Assembly (NCBI GenBank): GCA_035627515.1
Contig: DASPLQ010000012.1
Span: 778,331-842,330 of the forward strand
Direction of reading: 5' to 3'
DNA length: 64,000 bases
Source: Vitreimonas sp.
GTDB taxonomy: Bacteria > Patescibacteriota > Microgenomatia > UBA1400 > PJMF01
In this document: positions 1-9,584 of the stretch, piece after piece
Layout: every line of letters begins with the position of its first letter
How positions within the stretch are numbered: the first letter of the stretch is position 1
Notes under the pieces: generated by a model
Seen by the model: only the letters and a program-made list of their open reading frames with translations
Databases searched by the model: none
What the model was told of the DNA's origin: nothing
Position numbers and translations under genes: made by a program

Positions 1-20
1 TACCACCTCTTCAGCAAACG

Positions 21-974
21 TTGATATCGCAAGCACAGGTATTATTTTTAAGTTGGGCATTACCTTTTTTTTACTTTACTACTGCTGAGTTTTCTCTGTT
101 ATCTGTATATAAGCACGCTGATATTCTCTATTCGTGGTCACGTGTTAAAAAATTTATAGTACTGATTTTGTTTCACAGTGTAGTCATGTTTAGTTTGATG
201 ATGACGGGTCAGTTTCTAGCCGGTAATTTTTCAAGGTTAGAAAATTGGCTAGGATGGTACTTTTATTCACTAAAGTATGGTAATCCTTCAGCAGTAATTT
301 TTCTATTTCATGCCCTCCTCATCTATTTGGCAGCACATCTAGTTCAAAAGCTAGGACAACTTGTTTCGCTGAAGATAGTGAAATGTTTACTAGTAATAGG
401 GATGATTTTGACATGGTTTTTTTGCTATCAGTTGCCGCTCATTTTTCGGGCAACAGGCTTAACCATTAGCCTCACTTCATGGGTGGGGATGATGGTAGGT
501 TTTATCGTCACTTTACTACCATTTTCTTACTTTTCTCCAGCCAAAAAAGTATTAACTATGCCTATGCTATTGGCAGTAGTGGTTCTGCCAATGCTGATGA
601 GTGGTTTGCCATATTTATTATGGCCACAAGCTTTACCACTACAGGTGGCGGCTTTGATTTTACTAGGAATTACTCTTCATGGTTTGCGAAGAATTTTTGC
701 TCATTTGAGTGGTGCTCTAGCACAACGACTATCGCAATGGGGACAAGAATATTCACTGGGCATTTTTTTATTACATGGTCCAATTATGAAAACAATAGAT
801 TGGCTAATGACAAAATTACTAGCAGCTAATGATGGAGGGTCTGAGTTATTAGGAGTATGGCTAGCGATTAATTTGCTAACACTAGGGTTGACCTTAGTCA
901 TGGTAGTGCTGGTAGCTCACTCACCTTTGAGAACTTTAATTACTTTACAAACAGTCGCGGAGCAAAAAAAATAA
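21..974 (+). CDS. polytopic integral membrane protein (about 10 TM helices), possibly acyltransferase-3 family. The ORF is open to the window edge, so the 5' end may lie upstream.
   Basis: Highly hydrophobic with multiple predicted TM segments. FFYF near the N-terminus and a GIFLLHGP motif near the C-terminus resemble acyltransferase-3 signatures. No stop codon in frame back to position 3. Confidence 0.4.
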   Translation: MISQAQVLFLSWALPFFYFTTAEFSLLSVYKHADILYSWSRVKKFIVLILFHSVVMFSLMMTGQFLAGNFSRLENWLGWYFYSLKYGNPSAVIFLFHALLIYLAAHLVQKLGQLVSLKIVKCLLVIGMILTWFFCYQLPLIFRATGLTISLTSWVGMMVGFIVTLLPFSYFSPAKKVLTMPMLLAVVVLPMLMSGLPYLLWPQALPLQVAALILLGITLHGLRRIFAHLSGALAQRLSQWGQEYSLGIFLLHGPIMKTIDWLMTKLLAANDGGSELLGVWLAINLLTLGLTLVMVVLVAHSPLRTLITLQTVAEQKK

Positions 975-975
975 T

Positions 976-1395
976 ATGGTATCTGCAAACCCAACTTGTA
1001 TTATCTGTGATCTAGATGGAACACTGGCATTAATTGACCACCGTGATCCTTATGATGCCACCTTATGCGAGCTTGATTCTTTGAATCATCCCGTAGCAGC
1101 GGTATTAGAGCGCTTTGCTAATGATACTGATATTGTGTTAGTTTCTGGCCGCATCGATACTTGGCGAACAGAAACTGAGCGATGGCTAGAAACACATTGT
1201 ATACCTTACACGAAACTGTACATGCGCAGAGCAGGTGATCGGCGCAAAGATACAGTTTTAAAAAAAGAAATTTTTGAACGCCACATTTCACCGCAATGGG
1301 AAGTTCGCTTTGTGCTGGAAGATCGCAACCAAGTAGTGGTGATGTGGCGCGAGTTGGGTTTAGTCTGTTTCCAGGTAGCTCCCGGAGATTTTTAA
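976..1395 (+). CDS. HAD-superfamily phosphatase (polynucleotide kinase 3'-phosphatase-like small HAD)
   Basis: N-terminal DLDGTLA (HAD motif I, DxDGT), a VLVSGR Ser/Thr motif II, and a downstream Lys and acidic motif. Starts 1 nt after the upstream stop. Confidence 0.55.
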   Translation: MVSANPTCIICDLDGTLALIDHRDPYDATLCELDSLNHPVAAVLERFANDTDIVLVSGRIDTWRTETERWLETHCIPYTKLYMRRAGDRRKDTVLKKEIFERHISPQWEVRFVLEDRNQVVVMWRELGLVCFQVAPGDF

Positions 1396-1411
1396 GTGTT
1401 ATTATTAAAGA

Positions 1412-3403
1412 ATGCCCGTTCAGTTCTCAAGATTGGTGTTGATTGCTCAAGCTCTAGCACTCGTGATTCTAATCATTGCCTTACGTTTGTTTCCGACTGT
1501 TTTTTTCCCGGCCAAACCGACGCCTCTCCAGCCAACTGCCAGTAATCCCGCTATCTTTATTGCCCCAGCTTCACCGGAAGGTAAAACGACGCTTGAAAGT
1601 AAAGTCATTGCTGAAAAATTAGATCTGGAACGGAAGCTGATTCAACCCACTTCACCTCAGCAACTGCTTGTTATTGCTCAAACAGTTGAAAAAGCTGGAG
1701 GGACAGTTATTGAACAGGCTGATGGCTTCATCGTAGCTGAAATTCCTAAAGAAGTAGAAACAGCTGTTGTTGCTCAACTCAAAAGTACTCAAGCCATTAA
1801 AAATATTGAAGTGGATTATCCCACTTTTGTGACCAGCGACAGTATTGATTGGGGTGTGAGTCATATTACTGCCCCACCCGTGTGGCCGGTTACGCAAGGT
1901 AAAGGAGTCACAGTAGGTGTTTTTGATTCTGGCGTTGATTATACCCATCCTGAACTAAATCAGTTGTACAGTAATGGCTATGATTTTGTTAATGATGATA
2001 GCGATGCTTTTGATGACCATGGGCATGGCACCCACGTAGCAGGCATTATTGCCGCACGGACTAATGATAGTGGTTACATTGGGATTGCACCCCAAGCTCA
2101 GGTGGTGGGAGTGAAAGTGATTGGTGCTGACGGCTCAGGTTATATAAGCGATTTAGTAGATGCCTTTGACTGGGCTTTGACCCAAGATATTCAAATTATC
2201 AATGTATCACTGGGCACCACGTATGACAGTCAATTACTTCATGAAAAAATTACCCAGTTGACGCAAAAAGGGGTAGTAGTGGTGGCAGCAGCAGGCAACA
2301 ACTATGGCGGGCCGTTGTTATATCCGGCCGCTTATCAAGAGGTTATCTCGGTCGCTGCCAGTGATACTAATAATCAGCTCGCTAGTTTTTCCAATTTAGG
2401 CGCTGCCGTAACGGCACCAGGGGTAGGAATTACCTCAACTGTTCCTGGTGGTGGTTACGCAACGTGGTCTGGAACCTCGATGGCGGCCCCGCATGTCTCA
2501 GGCGCCATAGCCTTGATGCTCAGCCAAGGTCAAACGAACGTGCGTACTCAGCTTCAAAAAACTGCTATCGATTTAGGCCCAGCTGGCACTGATACCTACT
2601 TTGGTTATGGCATGATCGATGCTCAGGCCGCGACACTGGGCCTTGATACCTTAGCGCCGGTGGTGACTTTTTCACAGCCACTTCACCAAGCTACAGTTAG
2701 TGGCAGGGTGACAGTAACAATGGAAGTCCAAGATGAAGCACCCATTTCTCAAGCTGAGTTACTTCTTTACCGAGATCAGGTTTCAAGCCCAACTCCTCTA
2801 TACAATTGGACAAATGGTCCCTATGTATTTAGTTGGGACACCCAGTCTGTAGCTCCTGGTGACTATACCTTAGTGGCGCAGGCTAAAGATGAATCAGGAA
2901 ACATAGGCGGAGCGCGTGTTATGGTGACCGTGGTGGCTGAATCCGCTTCGGCGAGCCCTTCACCGAGCCCTACTGTTACTCCTCAGCCTTCTCCCCTCGT
3001 GTCAACCCCAGCTGCCAAATTAGCAACTTCTTCTGCGCGACGGCGTGACCGAGCCTTACCTACTGCAACCCCCTCAGCTTCTGTTGCTCCCACTCCCTCG
3101 CCGATGGCGAGTGCGAACCCTTCACCACAGCCCGCCAGCTCACCTACCTCCAGTCCGGTACTAACTGACACGCCCCCAGGAGCAAGCGGTGATCATCGTC
3201 AAGATCAGACCACCCCAGCCGAAGAGAATCGTCAAAATTTTTATCATGGACCTGAGTATTGGCCACCTGTCACTAACTTAGATCAACGTCATAAGTTTGG
3301 TGAAAGTCAAACCAGCAAAGATGAGAAAAGCGATCACGAAGATAAAAGTAACTCTCGTAGCCGAGTCAAAGGAGTGACTACTAGCTGGTGGCGATTTTGG
3401 TAA
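1412..3403 (+). CDS. secreted subtilisin-like serine peptidase (S8 family) with a C-terminal Pro/Ser/Thr-rich low-complexity tail
   Basis: Asp, His and Ser catalytic triad motifs VFDSGVD, HGTHVAGIIA and GTSMAAPHVSGA. N-terminal hydrophobic signal/anchor. C-terminal ~150 aa rich in SPSPTPA. Confidence 0.85.
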   Translation: MPVQFSRLVLIAQALALVILIIALRLFPTVFFPAKPTPLQPTASNPAIFIAPASPEGKTTLESKVIAEKLDLERKLIQPTSPQQLLVIAQTVEKAGGTVIEQADGFIVAEIPKEVETAVVAQLKSTQAIKNIEVDYPTFVTSDSIDWGVSHITAPPVWPVTQGKGVTVGVFDSGVDYTHPELNQLYSNGYDFVNDDSDAFDDHGHGTHVAGIIAARTNDSGYIGIAPQAQVVGVKVIGADGSGYISDLVDAFDWALTQDIQIINVSLGTTYDSQLLHEKITQLTQKGVVVVAAAGNNYGGPLLYPAAYQEVISVAASDTNNQLASFSNLGAAVTAPGVGITSTVPGGGYATWSGTSMAAPHVSGAIALMLSQGQTNVRTQLQKTAIDLGPAGTDTYFGYGMIDAQAATLGLDTLAPVVTFSQPLHQATVSGRVTVTMEVQDEAPISQAELLLYRDQVSSPTPLYNWTNGPYVFSWDTQSVAPGDYTLVAQAKDESGNIGGARVMVTVVAESASASPSPSPTVTPQPSPLVSTPAAKLATSSARRRDRALPTATPSASVAPTPSPMASANPSPQPASSPTSSPVLTDTPPGASGDHRQDQTTPAEENRQNFYHGPEYWPPVTNLDQRHKFGESQTSKDEKSDHEDKSNSRSRVKGVTTSWWRFW

Positions 3404-4514
3404 TATTTTTTGTTGTAGCGGCAGTAGTCATATCACTGCTAGGCTCAAAAATCACTTGCTGAGTGGGGTGGGCTAAACGCACTTGCTGCCGGTGAATCAT
3501 CTTGACGATTTCAATGTTAAGGCGTTGCTGGATATCCATGTATTGATTGTAATCACTATGAAGCACAAAATACACAATTTCGTAGACATATCCATTAGGC
3601 GTAATTTCTTTGAAGTGGACTCGGTCACATCTAATCATCTCTTCTTTAGCTAAGATTTCCCCAATTAAATCTGGCAACTTTTTTAACATGGCTGCAGAGG
3701 TGTCATAGGTAAATGTTAACTGAAATACTACTCGCCGCTCTGTCATGTGTTTGTAATTATTAACTCGCTCTTCAGTTAGTTTTTTATTGGGAAAAATAAG
3801 TTCCTGACCTTCCAGAGTTTGAATCCGAGTTGATTTCACGCCCACGTGCGTGACGATACCCATATCCTTACCAATGATAATAAAATCACCCACTTGAAAT
3901 GGTTTGTCAAAGTAAATGGAGAAAAAGGCAAAGAAATCTTCTAAGATATTTTGCAGTGCGAAGCCGATGGCAATACCGGCAATGCCTAACCCACTTGTCA
4001 AAGCTGTGACGTTGAAGCCTAAATTTTGCAAAATAACTAAGATAGCCACAATCCAAATCAAAACCCGACTGACTTTGACAATAAATTCCGCAATCACATA
4101 GCGGTCTGGGCTATCAGTATTCCTGACAAAGACTTGGCGCAAGCCATATTCACTTATCAGTTGTAAGACTCGGAAACAATAAACAGCGATAACGATAGTG
4201 GCTAGGTGACGTAAAAACTCTCCTGCCAGCAAGGGAACCTGTAACCAGTAAGTGGCTAGCCACACAGCCAAAAATATGTACAACGGCCACAGGTACGTGC
4301 GGCTAAGTTTACCAATGAAACGTTTCGAGCGGGAATGGGGATGGTGTGCTAAGTGATGTAACCGAGCAATACTAAAACGATGAAAAATGTGTGCTATCAC
4401 CAAAGTCATCACAAACGTCACTAGAGCAAGTGTCCAGTTTTGCTGAGTATTCGCGTACCAAAATTCCCATACGGAAGTATCTGAAAACATAGTTATGGAA
4501 ACAGAGTATATCAA
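3381..4514 (-). CDS. mechanosensitive ion channel, MscS family
   Basis: N-terminal TM helices followed by the conserved MscS core (LGFNVTALTSGLGIAGIAIGFALQNIL...VGDFIIIGKDMGIVTHVGVKSTRIQTLEGQELIFPN). The 3' end overlaps the peptidase gene convergently by ~23 nt. Confidence 0.8.
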   Translation of the reverse strand: MIYSVSITMFSDTSVWEFWYANTQQNWTLALVTFVMTLVIAHIFHRFSIARLHHLAHHPHSRSKRFIGKLSRTYLWPLYIFLAVWLATYWLQVPLLAGEFLRHLATIVIAVYCFRVLQLISEYGLRQVFVRNTDSPDRYVIAEFIVKVSRVLIWIVAILVILQNLGFNVTALTSGLGIAGIAIGFALQNILEDFFAFFSIYFDKPFQVGDFIIIGKDMGIVTHVGVKSTRIQTLEGQELIFPNKKLTEERVNNYKHMTERRVVFQLTFTYDTSAAMLKKLPDLIGEILAKEEMIRCDRVHFKEITPNGYVYEIVYFVLHSDYNQYMDIQQRLNIEIVKMIHRQQVRLAHPTQQVIFEPSSDMTTAATTKNITKIATS

Positions 4515-4588
4515 TAAATCGGAAAAATTGTGGCTGATTCAGTCTTTTTTAACAAAACTCTTACTGAACTGTGATTAAACTCACATGG

Positions 4589-5290
4589 CTAATAAGCTCG
4601 TGCTGAACGGTTTTTAAGGTACATGCCCAATACAGCCACTAGAACTAAAATTCCGGCAGTAAAAAATAATAACGGCACATACCGACTCATCACAGACTGG
4701 GAAGTAGCGCTCGGCACAGGCTCAGAAATAACTTGGGGAGAGCTCATAGGTACTGGATTGATGGGTAAATTGGGATCGATAGTCTGGATAGGACCAGTCG
4801 TGGTAAGTGGATCATTGAGGACGGCACTGGTGGTACTAGCGCCTTGCACTTGTCCTTGGCGAGAAGTGGTATCTTTTTCTTGTGCTTGAGAAATAAACTT
4901 TAACTGACCTGCGGTAGTTACCGTGAAGACTTTGGTGAAGGCGTATTGGGTACCATCAATAGATTCTAGTTTTAGTTCTAGTGCACCTTCTTTGACGGTA
5001 TGGATGACTTTTTGGCCATTGGACTCGGTCCCAGCTAAGTGCGTAGCAGAGAAAGCGTTTTTGGCATCACCTTTGCCGGCATTGGTTAGGGCTTGAGGGA
5101 CAGTAGCGCCTGTTTCAGCGGCCAGATAGGATAATGTGTAGTTCACACTTTTAGTGTTAGTGGCAGTGACAGTAAATGAATGATCACTGTGAGAGTAAGT
5201 CAAACCAACTTGAGGTGTTTTGACAGTAGAAGAAGTAGTTGTGGCCATAAAAACCATGAGTGACTGAAGTAACTCCTTAATAATACTCAT
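4589..5290 (-). CDS. hypothetical secreted or cell-surface protein with a C-terminal membrane anchor
   Basis: N-terminal hydrophobic segment, a Thr/Ser-rich body, and a C-terminal hydrophobic helix followed by a basic tail (LLFFTAGILVLVAVLGMYLKNRSARAY). No LPXTG motif seen. Confidence 0.45.
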   Translation of the reverse strand: MSIIKELLQSLMVFMATTTSSTVKTPQVGLTYSHSDHSFTVTATNTKSVNYTLSYLAAETGATVPQALTNAGKGDAKNAFSATHLAGTESNGQKVIHTVKEGALELKLESIDGTQYAFTKVFTVTTAGQLKFISQAQEKDTTSRQGQVQGASTTSAVLNDPLTTTGPIQTIDPNLPINPVPMSSPQVISEPVPSATSQSVMSRYVPLLFFTAGILVLVAVLGMYLKNRSARAY

Positions 5291-5343
5291 AAATCAGCTA
5301 TTTAGGCTAGTCGGGAATTGCCCGGCATCATACAATTAAGTTT

Positions 5344-5886
5344 GTGTTACTTTTTATTTCTCTTCTAGTTGGCTTGCTAGTGAGCAAGATACTGCTGTGG
5401 TTTGGGCACTGGGCTATGTATCAAGTCCAGTGGTTACACGATCCGGTCTATGTTCCTAGTACTGATCAAGCCACCCGTGACATGGTGGCATTGAAAAGTA
5501 AGTGGGAAGGGGTACGAGTGGCTGATGTAGGCTCTGGCAATGGCAAGCTTGTGATCGCTTTTGCTAAGGAGGGAGCCATCGTGGACGGTTATGAAAATAA
5601 ATGGTGGTTGGTTTGGAACTCACGTCGTCGTATAGCTCAATTAGGCCTCAACAATACCGCTCAAATTAAGTGGCAAAATTTCTGGCAGGTCAATTTTTGT
5701 GCTTACGATGTAGTAATTTTATATACTTCTAATCATCTGATGGCGCAGCTAGAGCGAAAGTTGTGGCAAGAGTTACAGCCTGGGGCAGCAGTGATTTCTA
5801 ATACTTTTCAGTTCCCGCACTGGCCGCTAAAAAAACAGCTGGGCAATGTGTTTTTATATGAGAAGGGTTTGCCATTTAAAACGTAG
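5344..5886 (+). CDS. class I SAM-dependent methyltransferase (small)
   Basis: Gly-rich motif I VADVGSGNGKL followed by an acidic motif II region. N-terminal TM segment. Confidence 0.5.
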   Translation: MLLFISLLVGLLVSKILLWFGHWAMYQVQWLHDPVYVPSTDQATRDMVALKSKWEGVRVADVGSGNGKLVIAFAKEGAIVDGYENKWWLVWNSRRRIAQLGLNNTAQIKWQNFWQVNFCAYDVVILYTSNHLMAQLERKLWQELQPGAAVISNTFQFPHWPLKKQLGNVFLYEKGLPFKT

Positions 5887-5940
5887 TACATATCTTTCAC
5901 AGGTGTCCTTTTTTTTTGGTCTGGTGTATCATGCTCGCAC

Positions 5941-7962
5941 ATGGCTAAAAAAGTCACTTCACCTCCAGCTCATTCCAGAGATACTTACGGTAAATTAATG
6001 ATGGAGTGCCAAAACGATTTAGCTTTACTGAATAGTATTTTGGAAAGTGCGCCTTTTGGCGTGGCATTTTTTAATACTCAATTGCAGTTTATTAAAGTTA
6101 ACCCCATTATGGCCAAGATCAATGGCAAACGGGTTAAAGCGCATTTAGGAAAAACGTTTACAGAATTAATGGGTAAGCCAGCTCAGTCATTTGAGGAGTA
6201 TCTACATAAAGTTCTTAAAACAGGCGAACCTATTTTTGAAGTTGAGTTTTCTACCCCGTCTATTAAAAAACCTGAGCAAGTCAATCATTGGTTAGCCGAT
6301 TACATTCCAATTTGTGCTGATAAAAAGTTAATTGGGGTGGCTGCGCTTATTTTTGAAGTTACTAATCGTAAAGAGGCCGAAGCTAAACTTCAACACCAAG
6401 CTAATTTACTGGAAAATGTTTCAGATGCGATTATTGCCACAGACTTAGATTACAATATCACCAGTTGGAATACAGCAGCCGAGAAATTGTATGGATGGAA
6501 GGCAGAGGAAGCGATTGGTGAAAATGCACGAGAAATTATTCCTACGACCTTCATTACTCATGCGCCAGAAGCTTTTAGATCACATGTGTATAAAGCCGGT
6601 TCGTGGCAAGGAGAGGTGATTCAACGGCGGCGTGATGGTGTTCCAATTGATATTTTAGCCTCAGTTAGTTTAGTCCGTGATTCAACCAAAAAAGTAGTGG
6701 GAATGGTGACCGTGAATCGGGATATGACTGAGATTAAGCAAACAGAAGAAGCTTTGCGTTTCTTGGCTGATGCCACTGGTGTGCTAGCATCATCTTTAGA
6801 TTATGAAACCAATCTTCGCCAGGTGGCTGAGTTAGCTGTCCCCACGATCGCTGACTGGTGTATTGTGCATTTGTTAGAAGGTGATGGTTCCTTGTCAGTG
6901 TCGGCACTTTCTCATTCTGATCCTGATAAAGTGAAGTGGGCATGGAAGTTAAGTGAAAAGTATCCACCCGATCCTGAATCGAGCTCTAGCATTATCACTG
7001 TTATTAAGACCGGCAAGCCAGATTTAATTAGTACAGTCACTCCCGAAATGATTAAGCTGGCGGCTCGGAGCAAAGAGCACTACAACATTATCAAAAAATT
7101 AGGCATGCGATCCTATCTATGTGTACCCATGAAAGCTGAAAATAAAGTGTATGGCGCTATCACCTTGGTGGCAGCAGAGTCAGGGTATAAGTTTTCACAT
7201 TTTGATTTAAGTATTGCTGAAGAGTTGGCAGGTCGGGCGGCTCTGGCAATTGTGAACGCCCGTTTGTTTGCGGCGTCCCTTCAAGCTGTGGAGGTACGCG
7301 ACGAGTTTATTTCCATTGCCTCTCATGAGCTTAAAACGCCTTTAACCAGTATCAAAGCTTTTGTACAACTGTTGCAGAAGCGCTTCAGAAATTCTAATGA
7401 TCTCAAGTCTCAGAGCTTTATAGAGAAGGTCCATGTCCAAATTGATAAGCTGACCCAATTAGTGACTGATTTGTTGGATGTCACTAAAATCCAAGCTGGC
7501 AAATTATCCTACAATATTGTGTCTTTCGATATTGGTGAGTTAGTGAAGACTGTTTGTGCTGACTTTCAAGATACGATTGATACGCATACCATTACCTGCC
7601 AAGTACTTTCGGTACAGGTAGAAGCAGATAAAGATAAAATCACCCAAGTCTTAACTAATTTTTTGTCAAATGCTGTCAAGTACTCGCCCAATGCTAAAGC
7701 GATTGAAGTTATTGTGAGTACTAAAAGTCAGCATGTGCGAGTGGCAGTCAAAGATCATGGAATTGGGATTGCCAAAGAACACTTGCCCAAAGTTTTTGAG
7801 CGCTTTTTCCGAGCTGGTGATAAAGAAGCTGGCACCATGTCTAGTTTAGGGCTAGGCTTATATATTTCCTCTGAAATTATTAAAGATCACGATGGCAAAA
7901 TTGGGGTATTAAGCGCAAAAGGCAAAGGCTCTACGTTTTACTTTGAGCTGCCACTGAAATAG
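5941..7962 (+). CDS. sensor histidine kinase with PAS and GAF domains (cytoplasmic)
   Basis: H-box SHELKTPLTSI. N/G1/G2 boxes of the HATPase_c domain (NAVKYSP, DHGIGIA, GLGLGLYIS). Two PAS-like repeats and a GAF-like region upstream. Confidence 0.8.
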   Translation: MAKKVTSPPAHSRDTYGKLMMECQNDLALLNSILESAPFGVAFFNTQLQFIKVNPIMAKINGKRVKAHLGKTFTELMGKPAQSFEEYLHKVLKTGEPIFEVEFSTPSIKKPEQVNHWLADYIPICADKKLIGVAALIFEVTNRKEAEAKLQHQANLLENVSDAIIATDLDYNITSWNTAAEKLYGWKAEEAIGENAREIIPTTFITHAPEAFRSHVYKAGSWQGEVIQRRRDGVPIDILASVSLVRDSTKKVVGMVTVNRDMTEIKQTEEALRFLADATGVLASSLDYETNLRQVAELAVPTIADWCIVHLLEGDGSLSVSALSHSDPDKVKWAWKLSEKYPPDPESSSSIITVIKTGKPDLISTVTPEMIKLAARSKEHYNIIKKLGMRSYLCVPMKAENKVYGAITLVAAESGYKFSHFDLSIAEELAGRAALAIVNARLFAASLQAVEVRDEFISIASHELKTPLTSIKAFVQLLQKRFRNSNDLKSQSFIEKVHVQIDKLTQLVTDLLDVTKIQAGKLSYNIVSFDIGELVKTVCADFQDTIDTHTITCQVLSVQVEADKDKITQVLTNFLSNAVKYSPNAKAIEVIVSTKSQHVRVAVKDHGIGIAKEHLPKVFERFFRAGDKEAGTMSSLGLGLYISSEIIKDHDGKIGVLSAKGKGSTFYFELPLK

Positions 7963-7966
7963 CAGA

Positions 7967-8603
7967 ATGTCTACTTTTTCTACAGTACTTTTTGATTGGG
8001 ATGGCTGTTTAGTTGATTCATTGCCCTTATGGCTGAAGGCATGCAAAGAGTGTTTACCAGCATTGGCTAGGCCTTTAAGCGATTACGAGATTGCACGTCA
8101 CATTATTCCTGAGCTGAAGATGTTGACACAGTACGGTGTCAGTGAAGATGAAGTGGAGAAGTTTGGAAAAGCGGTGATTGAGTCAATTTACAATATTATC
8201 TCAGAAGGCAAATTTCATGCTGGAGCGTTAGAGTTAATTGACACTTTGCAGATACAGAACAAAAATTTTGCTGTAGTAACATCTTCTAATCGCTATTTTG
8301 TAAACCTAATTTTAGATAAGCACCATGCTTCAAATTGCTTTCCTTATTTAGTAGCCCGCGAAGATGTTATTAATCGGAAGCCTCATCCTGAGCCACTTTT
8401 TAAGGCTTTGGATTTATTGAGTGCACATCCTAATGGTAGGTGACTCCAAGGTAGATGTTTTAGCCGCCAAGGCTGCGGGTGTGACAGCAGTGCTTTTTTA
8501 TCCCCCCTGCCATGAGCTGTTCTATGAATGGACAACAATTAAAGAAGCTCAAGCCGACTATGTGATTCGAGATTTTGCTGAGTTAGCTGAGATAATAGGT
8601 TAA
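7967..8603 (+). pseudogene. HAD-family hydrolase (beta-phosphoglucomutase/phosphatase-like) split by a 1-nt frameshift near 8425-8440
   Basis: ORF 7967..8443 carries HAD motif I (LFDWDGCLVDS) and ends ...LLSAHPNGR*. ORF 8421..8603 in the +1 frame begins with motif IV (ILMVGDSKVDVLAAKAAG). A single nucleotide indel would join them. A sequencing error cannot be excluded. Confidence 0.5.
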
Positions 8604-8651
8604 AGACTATCAACGAACTCCATTTAACTATTAAGAGCTCAATCTGCTAGA

Positions 8652-8735
8652 GAAGTTGGCCTGGAGTGTGTTCATGGTGTGCGTAATGTACATTTTGACT
8701 GTAATGACATGTGTCCAGGGGAACTTCTGAAGGAA
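8652..8735 (+). repeat. copy A of a ~76-84 nt conserved intergenic element (copy B at 44211..44291), containing the hairpin CCTGGA...TCCAGG
   Basis: 83% identity to copy B over 76 nt with no indels. Core is CATGTACATTTTGACTGyAATGACwTGTGTCCAGGsGAACTTCTrAAGGAA. Flanked here by GAAGTT/AACTTC inverted repeats. Conservation is at nucleotide level, not reading frame. Confidence 0.55.
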
Positions 8736-9117
8736 AATCTACGGTGAGGAGTGATAGTTGAAAGGCCTTTAAGAAGATTTCTGAAGGGGCGCGAAAAAAA
8801 TGTCTTATCTTTTTGTTTGACAGTGTGTGCTCAAAAAGTGAACTTTCTGGAGGTTGTATGATTTTTGCCATTATTCATACAAACGAAAAAACATGAGCTT
8901 AATAAAAGACTCTCTCCCTCGTAACATTCACCTTACTGAGCAAAGAAAAATCACCCTCACCACTCTTTCTCCCGACCCTCATTTTTACCGTGACATAAAT
9001 AGTGCACGATCGTGGCACAACTATGCCACGGACTTTTAAGAGTGTTCAACGACATACCTCACCACCCTATCATTATCAACCCAGCCAAAAACCTCCACAA
9101 AATGGTACAATGATGAC

Positions 9118-9573
9118 ATGGTTGTGCATGCAATTTACGCTTCTACCTCTGGTAATGTTGAGGCTGTGATCGAAAAAGTGGCAGGAATTTTGCGAGCGGC
9201 TGGACAAGCCGTGGAGCTCCACCGCGCTGAGCAGACTTCACTTGACGTGATTACTAATAATGACACTTTTATTATTGCCACTTCGACTTGGGAACATGGT
9301 GAGCTGAATCCGTTCTTTCGAAAACTGTTGGAAGAGATGAAAGACCAGGACTTCACAGGCAAAAGAGCAGCCTTTATTGGCTTGGGTGACACGCGTTATG
9401 AGCCCGTTTTGTTTTGCCAGGGGATGGAGATTGTTCGCAAAGCGTGGATAGATCAACAAGGTCAGCAGATTTTTCAAACCTTAAAGATTAATGGTGAGCC
9501 ATATCATCACCTAGAAACTGTGGTGAGTGATTGGGCTCAAGGTTTACAACAGACATTGGAATCACAAGGATAA
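9118..9573 (+). CDS. flavodoxin (short-chain)
   Basis: FMN phosphate-binding loop IYASTSGNVEAV near the N-terminus. Size ~150 aa. Alpha/beta pattern with a conserved Trp/Tyr-containing loop. Confidence 0.7.
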   Translation: MVVHAIYASTSGNVEAVIEKVAGILRAAGQAVELHRAEQTSLDVITNNDTFIIATSTWEHGELNPFFRKLLEEMKDQDFTGKRAAFIGLGDTRYEPVLFCQGMEIVRKAWIDQQGQQIFQTLKINGEPYHHLETVVSDWAQGLQQTLESQG

Positions 9574-9584
9574 CGAACACTCAC

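Noticed and set aside
8647-9039. Track ORFs 8647..8871 (-) and 8854..9039 (+) in the HAD-flavodoxin spacer
   Set aside because: The minus-strand ORF is open only in copy A of the repeat element; the same frame in copy B (44211..44291) has a stop. There are no SD or other coding signals. These ORFs are a by-product of the conserved non-coding element.
9531-9584. Upstream start of the oxidoreductase alpha gene overlapping flavodoxin by 43 nt
   Set aside because: The conserved domain begins after the ATG at 9585. The longer form would require a substantial out-of-frame overlap.
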